From NCBI GenBank assembly GCA_021785195.1, contig JAJYGC010000020.1, positions 5,817 to 69,816 of the forward strand: a stretch of DNA of 64,000 nt. Reading direction: 5' to 3'. The notes beneath the pieces were generated by a model. It worked only from the letters and a program-made list of their open reading frames with translations. It did not search any database and was not told where the DNA came from. The stretch is from Nitrospirota bacterium (lineage in GTDB: Bacteria > Nitrospirota > Leptospirillia > Leptospirillales > Leptospirillaceae). Shown here in pieces: positions 1-7,684 of this stretch (position 1 is its first letter; each line of letters opens with the position of its first letter). The position numbers and the translations under genes were made by a program.

Positions 1-638
1 ACAAAAGGAAGGACCAGTCCTATTTTTTATCAAGGGTTGACGAATCAATCCTTGATAAAGCCATTTTCCCGTTGGGAAGCTGGACCAAGCAGGAAGTCAG
101 GTCGTTTGGAAGGAAGAAAGGCTTGCCTGTCGACGAAATGGTCGAGAATATGGAAGCCTGTTTCCTGTCGGCAAAGAATGTTCCGGCATTCCTCCAGAGA
201 GAAATCGGATTTCGAGAAGCTGAAAAATGGTCTGTTGTGGATGGGAGGGGTCTGCAGATCGGGACAATTCCCAGCGGCCTCGGGTTGACCAAAGGCCAGA
301 GAAGGGGTGTTGGGGTCCCATCCGCAGAGCGGATGTACGTCAGGAAAGTGGATGTCTCGGAAAAAAAGGTCTTGATGGGGACAAAGGAGGAAATCATGGA
401 TGCCAGTTTTGAGATCGAGTCTCCGATGGGCCCTTATTTCTCGAAGAAAATGGAGATTCCGGTCAGGGTCAGGTTCCGTTCGACCATGGAAAAAATCAGC
501 TGCAGGCCTCGTCGGGATGCGGGAAAAAGTTTTGACCTTCTGGTTCCGAGTGATGGGGTAACGCCAGGGCAGGTGGCGGTTTTTTATGATGAAGAAGGTA
601 TCGTGGTCGGATCCGGAATCATTTCCGGGACAGGATAA
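1..638 (+). CDS. mnmA: tRNA 2-thiouridine synthase MnmA, C-terminal ~210 aa (5' end outside window)
   Basis: Frame is open from nt 3. Translation KDQSYFLSRVDESILDKAIFPLGSWTKQEVR...TPGQVAVFYDEEGIVVGSG carries the MnmA DQSYFL, FPLG-x-TK-x-EVR and GQ-x-x-VFY motifs. Confidence 0.85.
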   Translation, partial: KRKDQSYFLSRVDESILDKAIFPLGSWTKQEVRSFGRKKGLPVDEMVENMEACFLSAKNVPAFLQREIGFREAEKWSVVDGRGLQIGTIPSGLGLTKGQRRGVGVPSAERMYVRKVDVSEKKVLMGTKEEIMDASFEIESPMGPYFSKKMEIPVRVRFRSTMEKISCRPRRDAGKSFDLLVPSDGVTPGQVAVFYDEEGIVVGSGIISGTG

Positions 639-690
639 ATCCCTGGTCGGGTCCGGATGGTAATCTTGAATCTGAAGGTGGTGCCATAAG

Positions 691-1485
691 GTGAAGGTAA
701 CATTTCTGGATGTTGAGACAACGGGATTGTTGCGGGATCCCGAGGCGCGGATCATTGAAATCGCTTTTAGTTCCTGGGAGAAAGGGAAGTCGGTCGGTAA
801 GTTTTCATCATTGGTTCGAGGGGCTGAGGTCGTTTCATCGGAAATAACAAAGATCAACGGGATCTCCACTCAAATGCTGAATGATGCCCCTTCATTCGAG
901 GAAGTCTGGAAAGACTGCCGTGAGTTCTTTCTTGACTCCATCCTGGTGGCCCATAATCTGACCTTTGACGTGGGAATGATGAACCGGGAGCTTTTGCTTT
1001 CAGGAAGGGTCCCCTTGGGAAACCGGGGGATTGATACGGTGCCCCTTTCAAGAAAAATGCTTCCCGGACTTCCAAACTACCGGTTGGGGGAAGTGGGGAA
1101 ACACCTGGGAATATTTAATGAAGCCCCGCACCGGGCCCAGGGGGATCTTGAGGCGCTGGAAAAAATCCTTTCCAAATTGCTGGAAACTCCCCCCTCCAGT
1201 TTTGATGAAGGGATCCTCAGTCTTTTTTGTCTTTGGGGGGCCTACCCATCCCATCGCTACTTCAGGGATGTGGCCCAGTTTGCGTACAATCATCAAAAGG
1301 GCCTTGACCTGGTTCCGGCTCCCAGGGAAGGATTGAAAGAAACAAGACCCATTCCGGTCACCCCTGTAAGAGTCACATCGATGGGGATAGTGGGTGAACT
1401 GGGAGGTGAAGTCCGGGAGTATGCATTTGATTCGTTGATTGAAATCAGCGTGGCTAATCATGAACCAGGATCCCTGCTTGCCTGA
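691..1485 (+). CDS. DEDD-family 3'-5' exonuclease (DnaQ / Pol III epsilon-like) with ~90-aa C-terminal region of unknown function
   Basis: GTG start. Motifs: FLDVETTGL (Exo I), VAHNLTFDVGMM (Exo II), HRAQGDLEAL (Exo III, H-x4-D). Confidence 0.8.
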   Translation: MKVTFLDVETTGLLRDPEARIIEIAFSSWEKGKSVGKFSSLVRGAEVVSSEITKINGISTQMLNDAPSFEEVWKDCREFFLDSILVAHNLTFDVGMMNRELLLSGRVPLGNRGIDTVPLSRKMLPGLPNYRLGEVGKHLGIFNEAPHRAQGDLEALEKILSKLLETPPSSFDEGILSLFCLWGAYPSHRYFRDVAQFAYNHQKGLDLVPAPREGLKETRPIPVTPVRVTSMGIVGELGGEVREYAFDSLIEISVANHEPGSLLA

Positions 1486-1593
1486 TTCCGGTCACAAAAA
1501 ACATTGTGATGGAAGAATTTGCAATTGCTCCCGGGGCAGTGCGAAAATGCGGGACTCTATCACAAGACCCTGACATAAGGGGTTCGTGAAGCG

Positions 1594-2757
1594 TTGTTGA
1601 ACGATAAGGTCGGGCCAGGATCTTGGAAGGACCAGCATTCCAAAATTTTGTCCCATCAGAGGAAAGGAGGGGCATTGTTCGAATATAGGGGAAAAAACCT
1701 CCCAAGGGCTCCGGAACAACTGATTCGGATCTTGGGATTACCATTCAAGCCTACGTTACGGATTGAAGAAGCATTGACCCATCGCTCGGCCTCTCATGAA
1801 CGGGGCAAGAAGACCCCCATTCCAAATTATGAACGACTGGAATTTCTGGGAGACCGAGTCATTGGCTTGATTGTCAGCGAATATCTTCTCAATACGTGGC
1901 CCAGTGCTTCGGAAGGGGATATTGGCCAGGTTTTCTCGGGAATTGTCAGCACCCAAACCTTGGCGGCGATTGCCCGAAGAATGGATCTCGGCGCCTACAT
2001 GATCTTGGGGAAAGGGAGCCACTCCTCCGGAGACCGGGAAAATTCGTCGTTGTTGGCGGATACCTTTGAATCTCTTGCTGCGGCCCTTTATCTGGAATAT
2101 GGGCTTGAGACTGCACGCCAGGTCCTGATCCCCTGGTTTACCCAGCCCTTGGTTGAAATGGTTGCCCAGCTGGATCTCCAGCGGGAAGCCCGTGAGGCAC
2201 CGGCCGTCATCGCTCAGGCTCCTTCCTCTATACCACCCGCCGCAGCCCCAGGATCTTCCCGAAGAAACGGGACGCTGAACTACAAGCTCCTGTTGCAGAA
2301 ATGGAGCCAGTCCCACCACGGGGAACTGCCTGCCTATCAGGTCCTGGAAGAAATAGGTCCTGCCCATCAGCGACGCTTCAAGATGGGGGTGTTTGTCCAT
2401 GGACTCCTGATAGGAGAATCTGAAGGCAGCACAAAGCGGGGAGCCTCTGTCCTAGCGGCCAAAAAAGCCTGGGAAAAGATCCAGTCTGAGTCCTCGGCGA
2501 ACCTTTCGGGGGAGCTTGGTGAGGGTTCTGCTGAAACGCCAGAGAGTCCTGATGTGAGCGAAGTCCATTTCGTTGATTCCCCGGAAAGTGAGGGGAATTC
2601 GGAGGTCTTGTCCGATCTGATTGTTCATGCCGAATATGCAGAGAATTATGTTAATGAATTGAAACAGACGGATCTTCCGGCGGAATTTGAAGAAATTCGG
2701 GAAGAGTTCATTCGGAAGGACCTTGTGGACGGGGAAGAGCAGAAAAAAGGCGAGTGA
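1594..2757 (+). CDS. rnc: Ribonuclease III with internal Pro/Ala-rich insert and long acidic C-terminal tail
   Basis: ERLEFLGDRVIGL RNase III signature, ADTFESLAAALYLE, and a dsRBD (LNYKLLLQKWSQ...KRGASVLAAKKAWEKI). TTG at 1594 is the first start in the ORF, so the true start is uncertain. Confidence 0.85.
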   Translation: MLNDKVGPGSWKDQHSKILSHQRKGGALFEYRGKNLPRAPEQLIRILGLPFKPTLRIEEALTHRSASHERGKKTPIPNYERLEFLGDRVIGLIVSEYLLNTWPSASEGDIGQVFSGIVSTQTLAAIARRMDLGAYMILGKGSHSSGDRENSSLLADTFESLAAALYLEYGLETARQVLIPWFTQPLVEMVAQLDLQREAREAPAVIAQAPSSIPPAAAPGSSRRNGTLNYKLLLQKWSQSHHGELPAYQVLEEIGPAHQRRFKMGVFVHGLLIGESEGSTKRGASVLAAKKAWEKIQSESSANLSGELGEGSAETPESPDVSEVHFVDSPESEGNSEVLSDLIVHAEYAENYVNELKQTDLPAEFEEIREEFIRKDLVDGEEQKKGE

Positions 2758-2780
2758 AACATGTTTCACTCGCCTTTTGG
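2749..2780. terminator. Bidirectional intrinsic terminator
   Basis: Perfect inverted repeat GGCGAGTGAAAC/GTTTCACTCGCC (2749-2760 / 2763-2774). It is preceded by AAAAAA and followed by TTTTGG. The rnc stop codon lies in the left arm, and the element sits between convergent rnc and the small minus-strand ORF. Confidence 0.75.
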
Positions 2781-2804
2781 AAAAGATCCCCGAACAGAAA
2801 ATCC

Positions 2805-2942
2805 TTAGAAATGTCCGATGGGCGTATGATTTGCTGTTGCGTAAAGCTTTCCGAAAATCAATATCAGACCAACAAGCGTACCGATCACCATGGTAAATGT
2901 GACAATGGGCTGTGCATTCCCGGAATCAGATACTTTCTTCAT
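2805..2942 (-). CDS. Small (45 aa) single-pass membrane peptide, no family recognised
   Basis: ATG at 2942 with GGAGG 4 nt upstream (minus strand caatGGAGGcatcATG). The product MKKVSDSGNAQPIVTFTMVIGTLVGLILIFGKLYATANHTPIGHF has one hydrophobic helix. The ORF ends 25 nt from the bidirectional terminator. Confidence 0.45.
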   Translation of the reverse strand: MKKVSDSGNAQPIVTFTMVIGTLVGLILIFGKLYATANHTPIGHF

Positions 2943-3101
2943 GATGCCTCCATTGATCAATAGTGGGTCTTTTTCAAGACCGTTTTTCGAATGAATAGAA
3001 TTTAAATGATGTTTCATAAATGCGACATGACGATTGAAACCTACCATGATTCAATTTAAATGTCAAAGTGATCATTTTCCTGATTTAACGAGGTGTTAAG
3101 A

Positions 3102-3341
3102 ATGGATGCCCCAAAGGAAACAGAGATTCTTGATTGTTCTGGTATGGCTTGCCCAATGCCTGTCCTGAAAACGAAAAAAACGATGGATCGGCTGAATGTT
3201 GGAGATGTTCTTCTGATGATCTCGACGGATCCCGGATCAAGGCCTGATATGGAAGCCTGGACGAAAAAAACGGGGCAATCGCTCCTCCAGTTTGAGAAGG
3301 AAGAGGGACAGTTCCGTTTCTGGATTCGAAAGGAAAAATAG
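3102..3341 (+). CDS. tusA: TusA/SirA-family sulfur carrier protein
   Basis: LDCSGMACPMPVLKTKK has the CPxP active-site motif and the size is ~80 aa. ATG 3102 is preceded by GAGG; the ORF-track GTG 3093 is an alternative start. Confidence 0.8.
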   Translation: MDAPKETEILDCSGMACPMPVLKTKKTMDRLNVGDVLLMISTDPGSRPDMEAWTKKTGQSLLQFEKEEGQFRFWIRKEK

Positions 3342-3370
3342 GGGACGGTCAGGATTGCGGTTCCGTCCCC
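3341..3370 (-). terminator. Intrinsic terminator for the ferredoxin gene
   Basis: 8-bp GC stem GGGGACGG/CCGTCCCC (3341-3348 / 3363-3370). On the minus strand it is followed by TATTTTTCC. It lies 11 nt past the ferredoxin stop. Confidence 0.5.
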
Positions 3371-3380
3371 TCTGGAAAGG

Positions 3381-3710
3381 TTATTGGGGAAAAGGGAATG
3401 AGAAGGGAGATGCGGGTCTGCCAAGTGCGGGTATGGAAACAGTCAGGTCTCCGGAGCCCATTTCGGTCTGGCACCCCAGTCGCTGGTCGTCACCCAACAT
3501 CATGGCTTTTGCAAGAAAGGATTCTTTCGAATTTCTGGGCTTGAGGGTTTCTGTTCCTTCCTTGACGACAATGGTGCATGTCCCGCATGCGGCGTTTCCA
3601 CCGCAAATGAAACCGAAATTGATGCCTTGAAGGCTAGCTCCCATCAGGATAGGCATTCCCGGCTCTATATCCAATTCCTTGTTCAGTTCAAGGATCTTCA
3701 ATTTAGGCAT
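3381..3710 (-). CDS. 2Fe-2S ferredoxin
   Basis: Cluster motif CGGNAACGTC (C-x5-C-x2-C) plus the distal LGCQ cysteine. Size ~109 aa. Confidence 0.8.
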   Translation of the reverse strand: MPKLKILELNKELDIEPGMPILMGASLQGINFGFICGGNAACGTCTIVVKEGTETLKPRNSKESFLAKAMMLGDDQRLGCQTEMGSGDLTVSIPALGRPASPFSFPFPQ

Positions 3711-3972
3711 CTTATCCCTTTCTGGTCTGCTGCATTAGGATTCCACATGTTCTTACCATTGTAAAAAGACTGAATCCTTCCGTCAACCGCCATGAAACGG
3801 CATCAGGTCATCCGATCAATCACAGAAAAAGACCATCCGGATTGTTGAATGGCGTGGATCGCTGACAGGGTTTCTGAAGGAAAATTTCTGTGGGAAAGAA
3901 TTCCCTTGTCAAAAAAAAGGCTGATTGAATTCATTCAGGGGGGGTTATACTATGAGGGGAGGGGGATGGAAA

Positions 3973-4422
3973 ATGATTGAAATGTTTGTACGGGAGATCT
4001 TCTTCGATGGATCGACCAAGTCCTATATCCTGATTTTACAGGATGGAGAAAAAAACAGTACACTTCCTATCTGGATTGGACCGTTTGAAGCCCAGTCGAT
4101 TTCCATGGGGAGGGCCGGGACCCCTCCTGAACGGCCACAGACCCACGATTTGTTCATTTCTCTTTTGGACCACCTCAAGATCAAGATCTTGTCGGCGGTC
4201 GTCTCAAGGGTAGAGGAAGGTACATTTTTTGCGTCTCTTCACCTGTTGTCGGAGTCGTCCGAGTTTTCAGTCGATGCGCGTCCGAGTGACGCGATTGCTA
4301 TCGCGATCAGGGCCCAGGCGCCAATCTATGTCAAAGAGGAGGTTTTCCATCAAATTCCGGATCATCCCGATTTCAAGCAACTTCTTGACAGTCCAGAAGA
4401 AACGGATCCTCCGGAGTATTAA
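3973..4422 (+). CDS. Bifunctional nuclease (BFN/DUF151) domain protein
   Basis: The pattern ILILQDGEKNSTLPIWIGPFEAQSI...THDL...ARPSDAIAIAIRAQAPIYV is typical of the DUF151 family. The start was moved to ATG 3973 (MIEMFV). Confidence 0.7.
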   Translation: MIEMFVREIFFDGSTKSYILILQDGEKNSTLPIWIGPFEAQSISMGRAGTPPERPQTHDLFISLLDHLKIKILSAVVSRVEEGTFFASLHLLSESSEFSVDARPSDAIAIAIRAQAPIYVKEEVFHQIPDHPDFKQLLDSPEETDPPEY

Positions 4423-5020
4423 GGCGTTATTGATTGCTGCCGGCCTTCTGTCCGCTGTTGCATCCTGTTCAAAGACAATCAACGATCTTTCCTCGACCGC
4501 ATACTCTGAACACCGGATCACCTCCCAGCAGTTCATCCATTCCGGGTTGGCGCTCCTCCCTGTGAGAGTCAATGCAGGGAAGGAACCTGAAGCAAAGTTC
4601 ATCGATTCCTTGCTGGAAAAGGAGCTTTCTGGGAAATTTCCTGGAATGAGGTTGTTGGGTTCCGGGACGCTTGCCCAGTTTAAGAAGGATTCCATGGAAG
4701 GGAAATGGGTGTCGTCAATGATCCAGCACTCCTCTCCCTATACGATCAGGGGAGCGGACGGCATCCAGCTTGTTTCACGGAAGTTGGGCGTAAGGTATTT
4801 CCTTCAGACAGACATCCGCATTTCAGGGATAGAGGGAGGGGCGGAGCATGTCAGGATTTATGGACGGTTATGGGATGGAATGGATAAGGAGATCATTTGG
4901 TCAGGATATGGGGAAGCCAGGGGGTATGTCTATGTATTTTTCCCTGCCATTCCAGCCCCTTTTGAAAAGGATGCCACCGTGGCGGTAAAAGGGCTGATCA
5001 CCCAGATGGATATCCGGTAG
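4385..5020 (+). CDS. Putative lipoprotein, function unknown
   Basis: An in-frame TTG at 4385 gives the signal peptide (M)TVQKKRILRSIKALLIAAGLLSAVA-SC with a lipobox Cys. The ORF-track start at 4229 would overlap the preceding gene by ~190 nt. Confidence 0.55.
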   Translation: MTVQKKRILRSIKALLIAAGLLSAVASCSKTINDLSSTAYSEHRITSQQFIHSGLALLPVRVNAGKEPEAKFIDSLLEKELSGKFPGMRLLGSGTLAQFKKDSMEGKWVSSMIQHSSPYTIRGADGIQLVSRKLGVRYFLQTDIRISGIEGGAEHVRIYGRLWDGMDKEIIWSGYGEARGYVYVFFPAIPAPFEKDATVAVKGLITQMDIR

Positions 5021-5058
5021 GCAAGCTTCAGGGATGAGATTTCCTTCGGTCCTCCGGG

Positions 5059-5955
5059 TCAGACAGGAACAGGGCAGGGCAGTGCCACCCAGGAGGAAAC
5101 GTTTTCCAGGTTTTCTATGGTCGTCAGCAGGTTTTCCTCTAGGAGGAACGAGAGAAACCGTGTGTGGAAGGCGTGACCCCCGCGGGAAACCGTGAAGTTG
5201 CCGACCATTGGACGATCCAGAAGACGAATGTCTCCCAAGAAGTCCAGAATCTTGTGGCGAACGAATTCATCCTGATAGGTCTGGTATTCCGGGTTGATCA
5301 CCCCTTCGGACCCGATCACCAGGGCATTTTCAAGAGACCCGCCTTTGGCCAGACCCAAGTCCCTCATTTTTTCGATGTCTTCCAGAAAACAGAACGTCTT
5401 GGCTTGGGAAATGGCAGAATCGAATGCGTGTTTGCTCAGGGTAAAATCCAGATGCTGGTTGAGCCTTGGCCCAAATTCGATTTTATAGGAGACGGTGAGT
5501 TCACGGGAGGGTTCAACCCGGATGAATTTGTTCCCTTCCTCAAACTCGACAACTTTTGAAACAGTATAGAAGGATTGCCGGACCGCCTGCTCCTTGATGC
5601 CGGAATCCCGGAACGCCTGGACAAAGGGGGCTGCGCTACCGTCAAGAATGGGAAGCTCCGGTCCATCCAGTTCAACCCTCAGATTGTCGAGGTAGAAACC
5701 GTTGGCCGCAGACATGAGATGTTCGATGGTCTGTATGGAAGCGGAACCACGGAGAAGGGTTGTGGAGAGAACAGAGTGATCAATGGAGACGTTTTTGACA
5801 TGTGCGGGGATCGAAAGGCCGTCCAGATCCGTTCGGACAAAGGTGATTCCTGCGTCAATCGGGGCAGGGCAGATCCGCACACAAACCTTTTTTCCGCTAT
5901 GCAGACCCGTTCCCGCCAGTTCCACTGTTTTTCGAAGTGTTCTCTGATTTCTCAT
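5059..5955 (-). CDS. lpxC: UDP-3-O-acyl-N-acetylglucosamine deacetylase
   Basis: N-terminus RTLRKTVELAGTGLHSGKKVCVRICPAPIDAGITFVRTDL and FVRHKILDFLGDI are LpxC hallmarks. AGGAG RBS present. Confidence 0.92.
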   Translation of the reverse strand: MRNQRTLRKTVELAGTGLHSGKKVCVRICPAPIDAGITFVRTDLDGLSIPAHVKNVSIDHSVLSTTLLRGSASIQTIEHLMSAANGFYLDNLRVELDGPELPILDGSAAPFVQAFRDSGIKEQAVRQSFYTVSKVVEFEEGNKFIRVEPSRELTVSYKIEFGPRLNQHLDFTLSKHAFDSAISQAKTFCFLEDIEKMRDLGLAKGGSLENALVIGSEGVINPEYQTYQDEFVRHKILDFLGDIRLLDRPMVGNFTVSRGGHAFHTRFLSFLLEENLLTTIENLENVSSWVALPCPVPV

Positions 5956-6432
5956 CCAGGACTCCTTTTTTCTTTTGGAAAAAGTATGACTGGATAAGGT
6001 ACAAGCATGAACTGTGCCAAGAATGTTTTTGGATTATTTATTTTTTAAGTAATTGATTTTGTTTGTTTTTTTAACCAATAAAAAAATATTGAAAAACGAT
6101 TTTTGAGGAAAAGTGTGGTGTTATGGGAGGGGGTGTTGCAGTTTTCCCACAATCCACGATCCCAGCATTGGGTCGAGGCGCTTCAGCAACCGATCCATCG
6201 GTGGAGGCGAAAACACCTTCCATTCTGGGATTTGAGGAGGGGAAGCATTGGATTGGGGTCATCGAATCAGGACATGAGCACATGACTCTCTTCCGGCGGG
6301 TGGTGGGAGCCATTTTATCCGGGCCTTCCTGTTGACGAAAGGCGGAGGGTTTGTCGTAAAGTGAAAAGAGCACCTGGCCCTTCCCGTTTCAATATTTCCC
6401 AAAACAATCATCACTGATAAGGATTGGAAAAG

Positions 6433-7215
6433 ATGCCACAGGAACAGAGTGTTCCGTCTTTTTGGGACCATGACCGTCTCTCCCGCATTGAGGTCGAGAC
6501 TTGCAAGATTTCCCCTTCCCTCAATGGAATGATGGCCAGGCCTTCCCAGAAGGCTCCTTCTCCGGCAATGATCATATTCATGGAAGCGTTCGGTATCAAT
6601 ATGTTCATTCAGGATGTCCTGCGGCTTTTGGCCAGTCAGGGGATCCTGGCAATTGCTCCCGATCTGTTTGACGGGGCGGTCTTTCGGTATGAGGATATCC
6701 AGGCGGCCATCGGAAAATTGATGGTCCTGAAGGATGATATTGTCCTGAGACAGACACAGGAGACACTGGACTTCCTTTCGACCAGGAAGGATGTCCAGTG
6801 TGATGCCATCGGGGCGATGGGATTCTGCATGGGGGGCAGGCTGACTTTTCTGGCTCTGTCGGAATTTCCGGAGCAACTGAAGGCAGGGGTCTCCTTTTAC
6901 GGCGGATCGATCGGGATCGATGGTGTCGACCGGTTGGGGAGAAAAGGTATCCTTGACCGTGCACATACAATCGTTTCCCCCATGCTCTTTTTCTATGGGG
7001 CGAAGGATCCTTCCATCCTTCCGGAAGAGCATGGCCGGATTGCCGAAACGATGAGCCGGTTGAACCGGCCCTATTTCATGGGAGTATTCCCTGATGCGGG
7101 CCACGGATTCTTCAACTGGCACCGGGACACTTTCGTAAGTGGGGCGTCGACGGAAAGCTGGGAGTGGACAACCCTTTTCCTGAAACATTTTCTGGCCCGA
7201 AAAAGTTCCGGATAA
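6433..7215 (+). CDS. Dienelactone hydrolase family protein
   Basis: Nucleophile elbow GFCMGG (Cys nucleophile, DLH type) and C-terminal FPDAGHGF. ATG 6433 follows a GGA-rich RBS; TTG 6424 is an alternative start. Confidence 0.8.
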   Translation: MPQEQSVPSFWDHDRLSRIEVETCKISPSLNGMMARPSQKAPSPAMIIFMEAFGINMFIQDVLRLLASQGILAIAPDLFDGAVFRYEDIQAAIGKLMVLKDDIVLRQTQETLDFLSTRKDVQCDAIGAMGFCMGGRLTFLALSEFPEQLKAGVSFYGGSIGIDGVDRLGRKGILDRAHTIVSPMLFFYGAKDPSILPEEHGRIAETMSRLNRPYFMGVFPDAGHGFFNWHRDTFVSGASTESWEWTTLFLKHFLARKSSG

Positions 7216-7568
7216 TTTGGATTGGAACCTCATCGATCCAATGTATGCAGGTGCATGGTGGCAAGATTTAATCGTTCCGGGTTCAGGGTGGTTGTCCGGT
7301 GATGGCAGGGGGTCATTTCCATCATTGCCCCATGCAGGGAACAGCCACCATACAGGGCCCGGCCTAAGACTCCAGAGCCGTTCCGTCACAGGAAACCGCC
7401 ATACCATCCAGACTTCTTGATCCCTTCCCAAATCCCCCCTGACTGATCTCAAAAAAATTTCTTCGTTACGATTATAAATTGTAATGATTTCAGTTGAGAA
7501 TTCTCTTGGGGTTGTGATAGGTTTGGTCACACGATAAAATTCAGGCAGGCAGGTTGCCGTGCGGCGGC

Positions 7569-7576
7569 GGGGGGGG
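7569..7576 (+). repeat. G8 homopolymer tract
   Basis: Eight consecutive G read directly. It lies in the 5' leader, or in the N-terminal extension if GTG 7559 is used, of the GGDEF-EAL gene. Confidence 0.9.
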
Positions 7577-7684
7577 CTTCCCTTTGAATGGGGGCTGCCT
7601 GCGTCCATTGCCCGTAATCTGTCTTCTTTTCATGTGGGGGTCCCTCTCCCAACCCGGAGGGCATCATTGCCATCCCAGTTTTCC

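Noticed and set aside
6123-6335. 70-aa ORF as a small protein gene
   Set aside because: The RBS is weak and distant, there is no recognisable motif or hydrophobic segment, and third-position GC is lower than in neighbouring genes. It was left unannotated and flagged under the AT-rich-island finding.
7320-7370. SRP (4.5S) RNA suggested by CAGGGAACAGCCA
   Set aside because: The match to the domain IV consensus (GGAAGCAGCC with a GNRA loop and the symmetric loop partner) is partial. No complementary 3' strand could be found.
6259-7608. 449-aa minus-strand ORF spanning the dienelactone hydrolase gene
   Set aside because: It is antisense to a gene with clear family motifs (GFCMGG, DAGHGF). The product is low-complexity with no recognisable domain.
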